Made by a program: the position numbers and the translations under genes
In this document: piece after piece, positions 1-11,735 of the stretch
Layout: every line of letters starts with the position of its first letter
Position numbering within the stretch: position 1 is the first letter of the stretch
Assembly: GCF_018350175.1 (NCBI RefSeq)
Contig: NC_058368.1
Span: 94,738,001-94,802,000, forward strand
Length of the DNA: 64,000 nucleotides
Source: Felis catus
Lineage: Eukaryota
Reading direction: 5' to 3'
The notes under the pieces: generated by a model
Seen by the model: only the letters and a program-made list of their open reading frames with translations
What the model was told of the DNA's origin: nothing
Databases searched by the model: none

Positions 1-480
1 GTATTCCACTTTGGGAACTATTTGGGAACTATTTGTTATTGTCGTCTAAAATGGAACATACATATGCCATGTATCCTGGAAATCCCACTTCTAGGTGAAT
101 CCCAACTGAAGTACAGAGTTGATCACCAAGAGACACGAACGGTGTTGCTCATGGCAGTACTCTTCATGAGGGCCGCAATGTAGAAACTACCCAAATGCCC
201 ATGAACAGTAGAATGAATAGATTGTGGTATGGTGATACAATGAAATACTATACACCATTTACAGTATAAATACTACGGCTATATTTAACACCATGGGTAA
301 ATCACCCAACTACAACGTTGAGTGAAAGAAGCCAAAGGCAAAAGAATATGTATTCGATAATTTTACTTCTTTGAAGTTCAAATCTGTGTTGTTAGATGTC
401 AGGATAGTATTTACCTTAGAAGGCATAGCACTGGAGGGGGACACGAAGAGAAATTTTCGGGTTCTCCAATGTTTTATACC
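1..480 (+). mobile_element. Ancient LINE-1 (L1M/L1ME-like) 3' end fragment
   Basis: Degenerate L1 3' motifs: aatcccacttctaggt, aactacccaaatgcccatgaacagtagaatgaatag, gttgagtgaaagaagcca. Confidence 0.75.
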
Positions 481-760
481 TTAAAAATACGTTTTGTATT
501 TAAAGACATTACCACACAACAATCCTAGCCTTAGAAGAACTAACGTAATGAAAGAGCAACAAAGCAACATTGGGCTGAGTAGAATACGTGATGTATAAAA
601 TGCTTTCAGTAAGCAGAAGCTGGAATCATTAATTTTATTGAGGTATGTGTAAAAAGATGACATTATAAGGACTTTTAATGTCTTTAATATTGCCCTTTGT
701 TGTAAGTGCCAACGTTTATATAGTGTAAAACTTAAAAGTACTTTTCTTTTTAATTAATAG

Positions 761-775
761 AATCCTCAAAACCAG
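761..775 (+). other. Candidate 15-nt microexon (AATCCTCAAAACCAG)
   Basis: cttttctttttaattaatAG acceptor, then 15 nt, then consensus CAG|GTAAGT donor; open in all three frames. No transcript evidence. Confidence 0.3.
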
Positions 776-1039
776 GTAAGTTTGTGATGAATACACCAAG
801 CACTTTTTAACAGATATTGTGCCTAAGTAAAGGCAGAACTAGAACACTTTTATATAAGAGGGAGAAATTAGATTTCCAGACTGAAAAGTTCAATTTTTAA
901 ATCTTTTAAATGACAGCACTCCAAAATGACTGTGGAAATATGTAAACACCATCACAATGCATTGTCAGCACTAAGAAAAATAAAATTTTATATCAGCAAT
1001 GAATTTCACTCATGAGCCAGTGGAGTGATAAACCAAACA

Positions 1040-1740
1040 CGGATGAGATAGCATTTGACATACCCATCAAATTGGCAAAAATGCGGAGGCCTGGTATTGC
1101 CAGATATTTATGTAGGGAAATGAGAATTCTTTATACATTTCTGGTGGCAAAGGAAATTGGTGTAGGCACTTAATTTTTTTAAATTTTTTTAGCATTTATT
1201 TATTTTTGAGAGAGAAAGTGAGCGAGAGTGAGCATGAGTGGGAGAGGGGCAGAGAGAGAGGGAGACACAGAATCCGAAGCAGGCTTCAGGCTCTGAGCTG
1301 TCAGCACAGAGCCCAAGGCGGGGCTCAAACCCATGAGCTGTGAGATCGTGATGTGAGCCAAAGTTGGACACTTAACTGACTGAGCCACCCAGGCACCCTG
1401 GTGTAGGCACTTTAAAAAGCAGTTACCTAGGAGTTTTGGAGTTGCACAAACCCTAACAGCCTGAAGTTCACACCTCTGTGTGTCAATACCAGAAAGCATT
1501 GTACATGTATAAGATGATCATTACATCTTAATAGTGACAAAGTGAAACAATGTGAACGCCTATTCTAAGCTGATAATTAAAGAGGTCTCTGTACCGTGAG
1601 ATAGAACAAAGTGGAAGAATTCGACTTCTGTGTTATCTTCAGAGATAAATTTCAACAAACAGTGCTGATTTTTTTTTAAGCAAGTTGCAAAATGAAGTGT
1701 ACGGTTTGGCAACAATTTTGTCAAATTTTAAAACAGAACA
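1040..1740 (+). mobile_element. Ancient L1M 3' fragment interrupted by a SINE
   Basis: atacccatcaaattggcaaaa ... ctggtggcaaaggaaattggtgtaggcacttt resembles the L1 ORF2 end / 3'UTR. Confidence 0.55.
1172..1398 (-). mobile_element. CanSINE (SINEC)
   Basis: tRNA-like head, CT tract and A tail on the minus strand; TSD TGGTGTAGGCACTT at 1158-1171 and 1399-1412. Confidence 0.97.
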
Positions 1741-1755
1741 ACAGTATTCTTTTTT

Positions 1756-1974
1756 TTTTTTTTTTTTTCAACGTTTTTTATTTATTTTTGGGACAGAGAG
1801 AGACAGAGCATGAACGGGGGAGGGGCAGAGAGAGAGGGAGACACAGAATGAGAAACAGGCTCCAGGCTCTGAGCCATCAGCCCAGAGCCCGACGCGGGGC
1901 TCGAACTCCCGGACTGCGAGATCGTGACCTGGCTGAAGTCGGACACTTAACCGACTGCGCCACCCAGGCGCCCC
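1756..1974 (-). mobile_element. Young felid SINE (SINEC_Fc-like)
   Basis: CpG-rich, long pure tail, diagnostic cagccaggtcacgatctcgc; TSD CAGTATTCTTTTTT at 1742-1755 and 1975-1988. Confidence 0.97.
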
Positions 1975-2264
1975 CAGTATTCTTTTTTAAATATGGTGAA
2001 AGTAGCAAGTCTGAAACACTCTCATCGCTCAGTAGTATCCCTACAGAGAATATAGTATGGTTCCTTTCTTCTGCAAGGATTTGACTAGAGATTTAGGGGA
2101 AGAAAAGTAAAGCATATAAGTTAACGTTATTTGAAATTGCAGTCAGCAGAATTTCAGTTTGTTGCCTGATATATTACCATGAGATCATGTTAAATAAAAG
2201 AATTTGGTAATTATTTAGCTTTCTGTCTTTACTCATTAGTAAGTCACATAAATTTGTTGAAATT

Positions 2265-2488
2265 ATTTTTATGTTTATTTTTGAGAGAGACAGAGACAGA
2301 GACAGGGACAGAGTGCGAGCAGGGGCGGAGGGAGTGGGCAGAGAGAGAGGGAGACACAGAAGCCAAAGCAGGCTCCAGGCTCCCAGCTGTCTGCACATAG
2401 CCCAACGCAGGGCTTGAACTCACAAATGGAGAGATCATGACCTGAGCTGACCTCAAACACTTAACCAACTGAGCCACCCAGGCGTCCC
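2265..2488 (-). mobile_element. CanSINE
   Basis: Full SINEC structure on the minus strand. Confidence 0.95.
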
Positions 2489-2635
2489 GACTCGTGGAAT
2501 TTCTAGTAAGGTCCAAATCACATATACAGACATTTTTATTTTTCAATTACTTTTTCAAATATATGCAGAATTTTAAATACATGGAATTTGAAGATCAAAA
2601 AAACTTTAATACATCTCTATTTTAAACTACATTTT

Positions 2636-2844
2636 GGGGGCACCTGCGTGGCTCAGTCAGTTAAGCGTCCAACTCCTGATTTGGGCTCGGATCATGATCT
2701 CACAGTTGGTGAGTTCAAGCCCTACATCGTGTTCCGCTCTGACACTGTGGAGCCAGCTTAGGATTCTCTCCCTCCCTCTCTGCCCCTCCTGGGCTTTTCC
2801 TCTCACTCTCTCTCAAAATAAGTGAAATCAGCTTTAAAAATAAA
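2636..2844 (+). mobile_element. CanSINE
   Basis: ggggcacctgcgtggctcagtc head; TSD TAAACTACATTTT at 2623-2635 and 2845-2857. Confidence 0.96.
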
Positions 2845-2954
2845 TAAACTACATTTTACCCATACACTCAACAACTCACAAAATAATTATACAGTGATAT
2901 TAAAGATTATATTATACAGTGATGTTTAAAACTTGAAATATACATAAGAGACAA

Positions 2955-3165
2955 CAGTGTGGAGCAGCTAAGAGAACAGACATGGATCAGGAAGAACTGC
3001 CTTTGAATTCCAGCCCTGGCAAGTTAACTGAACTTCCTCTGGTTTTCTCACACCTTGGTAAATTGCGATACCTCCTGCTTCATTGTGTTGATTAAATGAG
3101 AATCTATGTAAACAGCTAAGGTCAGGGCCTCATACCTAGCATACTTGGTAAACCATCAGTATATT
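2955..3165 (+). mobile_element. MIR SINE
   Basis: tttgaattccagccct, ggcaagttaactgaacttc, gattaaatgagaatctatgtaaa MIR core-like motifs. Confidence 0.7.
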
Positions 3166-3528
3166 AAGTCTAACTTCTTTCTCCTGAAAAGCAGTCTGAG
3201 AAATATCATTTGGATTTCCATCCCAGCCCTCCAAAGTTGACTTGATCCATCATTTAACTCAGAGTAATGTAAACAGTACCTAGAGTGAAGCAACCATCTG
3301 TAGCAGTGGTGTGATGAGAAAATACAGTCAGAGTTCCTCTTTGAAAAACCAGAAACACTCTCTCCTATAAAGTTCTAGGAATAGAAGCAGTAATCCTCTC
3401 TCCAGGCACCCTTAACACCTTTTAATAAAGCCACACATCTAAGCCAGTGGTGGTGGCTCTGGTTGCCTGGGGCTGGAGCTTTTTGTGGGGGCACTAGAAG
3501 GGAATTGAAGGTTGGAAGTGAGGTTCCC

Positions 3529-3755
3529 GGGGCTCCCGGGTGGCTCAGTCGGTTGAGCGTCCAACATCAGCGCAGGTCATGATCTCACAGTTCGTGAGTT
3601 TGAGCCCCACTTCGGACTCTGTGCTGACGGCTCAGAGCCTAGAGCCTGCTTCGGATTCTGTGTCTTCCTCTCTCTCTGCCCCTCCCACACTCACGTTCTG
3701 TTCTCTCTCGCTGTCTCTCAAAAATAAATAAAACATTTAAAAAAAAAAAAGGAAA
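3529..3755 (+). mobile_element. CanSINE
   Basis: Full structure; TSD GAA(G/A)TGAGGTTCC at 3515-3527 and 3756-3768. Confidence 0.96.
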
Positions 3756-4719
3756 GAAATGAGGTTCCATTAAGAGATGCTGAAACACCATGCACGTGTG
3801 GGGTGAAAGCATGTTGGCTGGGGAGATGGGTAAAGGAGGGTGTCAAGGGTAGGCCAGGGTGATAGATGAAATAGAACTTCTGATCAGACAGCAAACATGC
3901 CAAGTATACACTATTTCAAGAAATTATCTTGGCATTTCATTGAAATCAGATAATGAATCAATCATATTTTATGATCCCAACCTTGTTTATTTTAAGAAAA
4001 CTAACTGGATGTCTCATGGTTTGTCTTCATATGACATAAGTTAATGCAGACATTGAAGGCGATTATCAGCAAACCCATGTTAGAACTTTAATGGTTCTGG
4101 GAATTGGAGAATATAGTAAATGTATCTGTCACTTGTAACTACTTGTTTTAGGGTGTCCATAGTAAAACTTCAGCCATCTGGTTCTTTGTGGTCAATATTT
4201 TTAGAAATAAACGTAGTGGATAATATTGAATGCTCATAGAAGATTGAGTATGTTTTTGTTTTTTTGCTTTTTTTTTACGTCTCTAAACTGCACAATGACT
4301 AGGAAGGATCTTGCACAAAATAGGGATTTAATAAATATGTTAATGAATGACTGTCTATGGAGATAATATACTTTATTTATTTATTTTTATTGGTTATCTT
4401 TTATAAGCCTGCTTTCATTTAGAGAATCATTGTGTTGTAACTGTCGAGGTGCCTTAGGATATGAAAGCACAGCGTACTCTTTTTATTATGAGAAATTCAA
4501 AGACCTTCAGAAGATATTAATGACTGCCACTAAAACACTTCTTGATAATGATTCTACTAATGATGAGTCGTAAAGCTGCCAGAGTCAAACTGAGATGTGA
4601 ATGCCAGCCTCCCCCCAACTAGCTGGGGGGCTTCCTCCTTCACATCGCTCTCTGAACTTTGTTTTAGTGTAATTCAAATGTGTGCTCCAGCAAAGTGACA
4701 AATTATCGCAGGACCTGGA

Positions 4720-4940
4720 CCTTGGGTTGCCATGAAAATGGTCATTGAGTATCAAGAGTCTGTGTAAGGATACGGGTTCTGTGTTCAGAAGGTCTGTGAA
4801 GCTCCTAAAATTATCTGCTACATTTTGTGTCTATTTGCCTACCCTTATACCCTTTTTGTTTGTTTGTTTTTCTGAGAAGAGGCCTGTAGCATTTACAAGG
4901 ACTATCAAGTCTGTAAATCCAGAAAGGGTAAGGACCGATG
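4720..4940. mobile_element. Possible decayed hAT-Charlie type MITE
   Basis: ggtctgtgaagctcctaaaattat...ttttctgagaagaggcctgtagc...aaagggtaaggaccgatg resembles remembered MER-type DNA transposon remnants. Confidence 0.4.
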
Positions 4941-6575
4941 CGTTCCTCACCTCTTCAGAGATCTTTTACATTGAATAAACATTTGCCATCTCATTTCCTT
5001 GATAGGCAGCATATACATCTGGAGAAATTAAGATACCGTGTGAGTTTATTTATCAGTGTCATTTTCATTTTACATTTTGTGGCCTTTTCATAATTTACTG
5101 GTATTTCTTTTTTATGTGAATTCATATCTAATGCAAATGCAATGTCACTGAATGTGATGGATAAAATGTGAACGATGTTTTATGTAGTTTTATTATGTGT
5201 CGTCAGCATTGTCTTATAAAGATGTAAGTATATAAAGAAAGTTTACTTACATTAAAGAGAGTACCTCAGAGTATTTTAAGCACTATAGCTAGCTAGCATT
5301 GATGCATTATGGTCAAGTTCATTTCATTGAGAGGAATACAATAGAAATAATATTGAGCCAAGCCTTGTTATATCTAACTTTTATAAAATGGGGCAATTAA
5401 AAAGATGTTGGTGAGGGTTTTATTCAGTGTTTTGCTTATGTATATAGTATTTAGTTTAAATATAAATGGCTTTTGCCCTTATTCTCATCTGTTTATCTTT
5501 GATATCTTAATATTGCCTAATTATTTGTAGATGAATGAAGAGCTTTTTATTTTTTCCTTGAAGATTTCCTTTGTGAGGAAAATTTGGGTATAAATATCGG
5601 GGGATATACTGAGTGCCGTGAAGGAAAACGGTTTTTTTTTACTTCTTCCTATCAGGGTTAAAATGGAAAAGCTCCTGTTGAGGTTGCTGTCCTGTGGGAA
5701 AGGAAAAGCCTTATCATTTACAGAATTTAATATCAAGGGACAGTTGTTCTGAAGTAAGACATCCCAGACCATTACAGCACTGATACTTCTTTTCTCCAGT
5801 TAGATTAGAAGTTTAATCCTAAAAGAACACATTGTCCAAATTTTTGGATTCGGTGTTTTTGCAGACAAAAAAAGCACTTTAACGTTAAGGAAATCTTTTT
5901 TCCTTTGATATGTATTTTTAACCATGACCTATAGTTTTTGTTATTGGAAAAAGACTAGGTAGCAAACTGATCCAAAGATTTCACATTCGGGAGAAAATAT
6001 GAATTTCTCCAGAAGTTTTATTTGTAATATTTCCTATTGTGTTTCTGTTAATTCAGATTATTTTACTCACTGCTCAATTGTCTGCATTACAAAGATGAGA
6101 TTAAAGCTGATCACCCAGATTACGTACAGGGTGTATATGTGTACAACCTTTACATGAACCAGAAATGTTTTTTTGTGCACTTAGTGGAAACATAAGACAA
6201 ATCTGATATTCTCATAGAAACAGTTTTTAGAGCATTCAGTTATATTTTTGAAGAAGACCCATATTTTCACCACAATTACTATAAACAACACAGTTAATCA
6301 GCAGTAAATTTTATCACGTTTAGCACGGAACTTTCAAAACGGGGTATAAATTAAACATACCAGCATGGAATTGTAATTTTGTTCAAGTTTATATTATCTT
6401 TTTTAGTTCCTGCACTACCAACACAAAGGTGAAAACTTTTAAATTAGGATTGTAGGATTCACAAAGATTTAGGGAGGAAGAGGTTTTAATAGAGCGTTTT
6501 AAAGATACTTTTGAGTAAACACATTGCTTAAATAGCCATGAAGAAACAATGACATATATTTTTACAAAAGACGTT

Positions 6576-6720
6576 TTTTATTAATTCTGAAAATAATAGA
6601 TGACCATTATAGAAGATTTAGAAAATACAGAGAGTATAAAGAAGGAAAAAAATTCCCCCCAGTTCCACCACCCCTAATCAACCACTCTTAACGGTAAACT
6701 TCTTACAAATATTCCCTACT
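6576..6720 (-). mobile_element. Ancient L1ME/L1MC 3' terminus
   Basis: cattatagaagatttagaaaatacagagagtataaagaagg...accactcttaac motif. Confidence 0.55.
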
Positions 6721-7090
6721 GTGTAGATTGGGGTTGTTTATAAGTTTACACAATAGAAACAGGTTTGCCTTGCATAGTTTCTGAGGATACTTACTAATGA
6801 AAACAGAACACAATTTTCTGAATAAGCTGACCCAACTTAGTAAACATAATTGACAGGTCTTTATTTGGACCTTTAGGAACAGTACATGGGCTGGCTGTAG
6901 GAGTTTCCCTGATCCAGGTTTGGCATAAATTTGGGGGAAGCAGGAAAAGTGGAGCCAAATACCTAGGAAGCAGTCTCTTATAAGACAGGGTAGAAAAAAA
7001 AAGGAGAACCCTTTAGGGCCAGTCGTGGGTGGTAGAGTAATAAAGAGCTCAAAAAACCTTACACTTAGTTTTTTATCATTGGAATGTTTT

Positions 7091-7300
7091 TTTTTTTTTA
7101 ATGTTTATTTTTGAGAGAGAAAAAGAGACCGAACACAAGCAGGGGAGGGGCAGAGAGAGAGGGAGACACAGAATCCGAAGCAGGCTCCAGGCTCTGAGCT
7201 GTCAGCACAGAGACCCACATGGGCCTTAGTCTCATGAACCATGAGATCATGACCTGAGCCGAAGTCGGACACTTAAGTGGCCGAGTCACCCAGGTGCCCC
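7091..7300 (-). mobile_element. CanSINE
   Basis: Full structure; decayed TSD tatcattggaatgtttt / tatcattagaacatttt. Confidence 0.96.
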
Positions 7301-7372
7301 TATCATTAGAACATTTTAAGTAGCCTTGACTGGGGCTTTGACTCCTCCCCCACATGAACCTTCTTTAGAGAG

Positions 7373-7746
7373 TGTTATGGACTCCCTTTATTTCCCCAAA
7401 ATTCATATGTTGAAGCCCTAGCCCCTAATGCAATTGTATTTGGAGATAGGTCCTTTAAAGAGGTAATTAAGGTTAATTGAGGTCATAAGCGTGGGTTCCT
7501 GATCCAGTATGACTAGTGTCCTTTTAAGAAGAGGAAGAGAGATCGGGGATACGTGTGCACACAAGAGGCCTTGTGAAGACAAAGCAAGAAGGCGGCGACC
7601 TGCAAGCCAAGGAGAGAGGCCTCAGGAGAAACCCACCCTGCTGGTATCTGATCTTCAATTTCTTCCAGAACTGTGAAAGTAAATTTCTGTTGTTTAAGCC
7701 ACCCAGTCTGTGGTATTCGGTGTGGCAGCTCTAGCAAACTAATATT
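7373..7746 (+). mobile_element. MaLR solo LTR (MLT1A-like)
   Basis: Starts TGTTATGGAC; ccccaaaattcatatgttgaagcccta; ends aaatttctgttgtttaagccacccagtctgtggta...gcaaactaata. Confidence 0.88.
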
Positions 7747-7793
7747 TGAGAAAAACGTTTTGTGTTTGTTTTTGTTTTTTTTTAAAGGAAAAG

Positions 7794-8213
7794 TGTGGTA
7801 GGTAGAATAACGGCTCCCCCAAAATATCAGGTATTAATCCCTGGACCTTGTGCATATTATCTAATAAGGAAAAGCATCTCTGCAGATTTGATGAAGTTAA
7901 GGATCTTGAGATGGAGAGATTATTCTGGAGTATCTGGGTAGGCTCTAAACGTAATCACAGATTCCTTTTGAGAGGCAGAGGGAGATTTGACAGACGTACA
8001 TAGGAGAAGTTGATGGGATCCCTAGGGTAGAGACTGGAGTGACATGGCCTCAAGTCAAGAAATACTGAAGGAGATTCCCAGAGGGTACAGTCCTGTGACA
8101 ACTAAGGGTTTGGCCCAGTGCATCTGTTTGCAGACATGTGAGTGAATACATTTGTGTTGTTTCAGCCATCAAGTTTGTGGTCGTTTGCTACCACAGTTGT
8201 AGCACACTAAACA
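7794..8213 (+). mobile_element. MaLR solo LTR (MLT1C/D-like)
   Basis: Starts TGTGGTAGGTAGAATAACGGC; gttaaggatcttgagatggagagattattctgga; ends aagtttgtggtcgtttgcta...ctaaaCA. Confidence 0.85.
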
Positions 8214-8294
8214 CCATCTACCGACTAAATCTACCAAGTCCTGTTGGGCATCATCCATGCCATCTGAGGGTTTTGTATCCTACGCTGTTGGCTT

Positions 8295-8535
8295 TTGTTT
8301 TATGAAATAATGAACTATATTGATGATTTTTCTATCATTGAACCATCGTGTTATTCTTGTAAAAGCTCTGCTTAATTTTGGTATTTTAATTTGTTTTTTA
8401 ATACCCCAGTGGATTTGATAATAATTTGATGATGGTTTCACATTTTTTTTTCTTACCGTATGAAGGAATGAAATTGATCTCTAGTTTTCCTTATTTATAC
8501 TGTCTTTGTCAGGGTTTGGTCATAAGGTTATGTCA
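8295..8535 (-). mobile_element. Ancient L1 ORF2 fragment
   Basis: attgaaccatc..., tagttttccttatttatactgtctttgtcagggtttggtcataaggttatg typical of antisense L1 ORF2. Confidence 0.65.
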
Positions 8536-8640
8536 GATTTGTTTACCTATGTCGCCGGAGCCCAGATTACGCCAACTTTGAAAACCGGTCATCAAAGCTG
8601 AACCTTCCTATGATAGACATTTGGGAGCTGTTGTTGGTTA

Positions 8641-8668
8641 TTCTTTTATATGTATATCGTTTATTTAT

Positions 8669-8718
<50 letters not shown>

Positions 8719-8844
8719 TCCCAAATAGGCTGTGGGCTATCAGTGCACAGCCCAGTGTGGGGCTCAATCTCATGAACTGTGAGATCATGACCTGATCTGA
8801 AATTAAGAGTCAAATGCATAACCGACCAAGCCACTCAGCACCCC
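8641..8844 (-). mobile_element. CanSINE with expanded (GA)22 at 8672-8715
   Basis: SINE body; TSD core TTGTTGGTT on both sides. Confidence 0.93.
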
Positions 8845-10558
8845 TTGTTGGTTCTTAAGCAGTAGAAAGACCTCATAAAAGGGGCAGGAGTTAGATACTA
8901 AGCCATAAGAGTGCATCCAGCGTCATCTATAATTACCTATAGAGCATTATCAGGTATTATAGTATCAGGTAACAAGTCCAGGTATTGAATTTCTCAGACA
9001 TACTGCACTCCATCCATGTTCTTGAGGAGTGAAGACTTACGTGCATTATGGGACATTCAGTCAGAAAGCAAACTCTAAGGCACTGGAAAATGTCCTAGTG
9101 GGTGATGAAGAGTTGACCATACTTATCTTTGCCTCGTGATCCTTTCATTCCATTCTGTTCTTGCCTGGATGAGGTAGGCATCATAGAATCATAAACTTCA
9201 GGAAAGTTAGGGGATGATAAGGAAGGATTGGTATAGATCACAGTTTCTGAGCTGATGGCCTTGGACTCTGTTGAGAGAAGGAAGAAGACGGTTATTGCTA
9301 AGGATCCACTGACCTATATGTAACCCAAGCAGTATCTGAGCACTGAAAAATAAAACGGCACACATTTGTTACTTCAGATTTTCACGTATACTCATTTATT
9401 TCATAACCCGTCTCAATCACCAAATGAACAATTAGGTTTTTGAATTTGTGGAACATCTAGTCGTTCATGTTTTTAAGCAACAAGTAATAAGAGCTTATAC
9501 TTCTTGTCCCATGGGAATATGTCAAGTGTCTTGTTTTTGTGTTTTTAAAGCGACCGTCTTCTAAATAAACACCAGTCCCTTCATCTTACTGCTGAGGATA
9601 TTCATGGTGATACAGTCCCTCATGTTCACACTCCCAGTCAGTCACAGACTCCTGGTAGGAGCCTGTGTTCTCCAGATCCCTTAGAAAGGCTATGAAAAAG
9701 GCTTCTGAGATTTACAGTACTAATTACTGATGTTTAACTTTGAAAAAGTATAGATACCTGCATCTCTAGACATAGAGATACGTATACACAGTACAGGTTA
9801 CGTATAGATCGAAAGGTATACTGTCACTTTTTGAAAGTTACAGGATAGCTTCTGTTTTTATAAAATTGTCCTTAAATAAAAACTTTTTCTTTTTGTACTT
9901 TGAATTTAGTGAGCTATGTGTGAGGTGGCTCTCCCGGTTGTTTTGGACGTTAGGTTTCAGTTTCAGCCACTGTTCTTTGTTTAAATGGGTTGTAAGTCAA
10001 GAAGGAAGTAGAGGTTGATTTTTGGAGTCCTTTATCTTCTGAGATTTTTTTTCTTCCCAGAGGAAGAATAACTAGATAGATAAATAGATAGATGGGAGGA
10101 CAGACAGACAGTTCAACCAGGAAACAAAAACAAATAAACCTGCACAGCAGGTTTGTGAGAAGATGTACCGAGTCCCTTCATACTTCGGTATGTCCTTCGG
10201 TGAGCGCACGGGTGTAGGGATGCCTAGTACACCAGCCAGCATTGCTAAGTATGTGAATATATTGCAACTAGACATGGGATCGAGGGTGGAACACTTATGA
10301 ATGCTCCCTGGGGTGTTAAGGAGTTGGGGAGGACACAGAATACAATCAAGAAGAAATTGTGATGTCTTTACTGTCTAGGGATAATTGAGCTCCATTTAAG
10401 CCTGCTACTCTGTTTTCATGAAAATGTTCCCCAAGTTGAAAAGAATAAATAGTAAGGCAGTTTACGTGGATCTTAAGAAAAGTAGGTTTTGACTGTTGGA
10501 ATTAAATTTTAATTAAAGTTTAATTTGGAAATCCACTTATCCTGAAATCTCTCTTGGT

Positions 10559-10632
10559 GAAAACATGGAAACTTGTACTATGGATTAGAATTATTAGAAA
10601 ACATGGAAACTTGTAATATGGTTAACAATTAT
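10559..10632. repeat. 38-bp tandem duplication (about 2 copies)
   Basis: gaaaacatggaaacttgta(c/a)tatgg at 10559 and 10597. Confidence 0.9.
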
Positions 10633-11349
10633 GGTTTCTGTACCTATTAGAGTATGAAACTCTTATATTCCAAAGGGTTTTACATTGACTCATTGACTCA
10701 TCTAGTTAAATGGGAATGTGGTTTTAAAAGTAGAACAGAATCTCCTTGTAATTGTAAATTGACACAGTGTTTTATGAGCAAATTTAACATTCTTTTCAGA
10801 AACATGAGGTTGGACAGAAAGATAACCTTACAAGAAATTACCTCAGTTATTCATTTGGCCTTTTTGTTCATAAAAGAAACTAGAATTCAAAAGAAAACAA
10901 CATTTAGACTTTCTTTTAATGTTATGGTTATTTTAATTGATTGGTGTTTGCAGACTGCTATTAAGTATACTATATAAAATATTTAATAGTATTTTGTGTT
11001 ATTTTAGTTTTCTTTGTCGGTGCTTGTTATTTCTTTCAAGTTGACGTCTTTCACTGTATTTTTGCTGTCCACCTGTAAATTATATACTGAACGTCTTTAC
11101 AGGAGTCAGATATATTCTATATTAAATGATTTTTTTCTTTATTAAAAAAAAACAAGAGAAAGTGTTTTGAAAGAAAGAAGAAGTGAAAACTAGGAGCTAC
11201 TTTGGAAATGTCACTGTATTTCTACTTATTCACTAATGGCGAATGTAAAATAAGTTAAATTTATATACCAGGGGAAAAGGTTTTCACTACAAGATAATAT
11301 GTGAAGTGAAAAATGATGAATATGGTTATTCATATTTTGTCTGAATGCC

Positions 11350-11351
11350 AT

Positions 11352-11394
<43 letters not shown>

Positions 11395-11575
11395 TATTTT
11401 AGAGAGAGAGTGTGTGAGCAGGGGAAAGGGGACTGGGGCAGAGGGAGAAAGAGTAAGAATCCTAAGCAGTCTCCATGCCCAGCCCGGAGCCCAACTGGGG
11501 ACTCAATCCCATGACCCTGGGATCATGACCTGAGCTGTAATCAAGAGTCAGTCTTAACCGACTGAGCCACCCAGG
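11350..11575 (-). mobile_element. CanSINE with (TTTA)n tail, head slightly clipped
   Basis: Ends at gagccacccagg, directly abutting a plus-strand SINE. Confidence 0.92.
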
Positions 11576-11735
11576 CTCTTGATTTCAGCTCAGGTCATGA
11601 TCTGATGGTTCATGAGATCAAGCCCTACAATCAGGTTCTGTGCTGACAGCATGGAACCTGCTTGGGATCCTCTCTCTCCTTCTGTCTGCCCCTTCCCTGT
11701 TTGTACTCTCTCTCTTTCAAAATAAAAAACTTAAA
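11576..11735 (+). mobile_element. 5'-truncated CanSINE
   Basis: Begins at ctcttgatttcagctcaggtcatg, lacking the first ~35 nt (A box). Confidence 0.92.

Noticed and set aside
1692..2084. 130-aa ORF nearly duplicated at 21416-21775 (GQRETEHERGRGRERGRHR)
   Set aside because: Antisense read-through of young SINE copies, not a gene family.
7373..8213. Two adjacent LTRs as a provirus
   Set aside because: Different MaLR subfamilies, 47 bp apart, no internal sequence: independent solo LTRs.
10559..10632. Direct repeats as a CRISPR-like array
   Set aside because: Only two adjacent copies with no unique spacer; eukaryotic tandem duplication.
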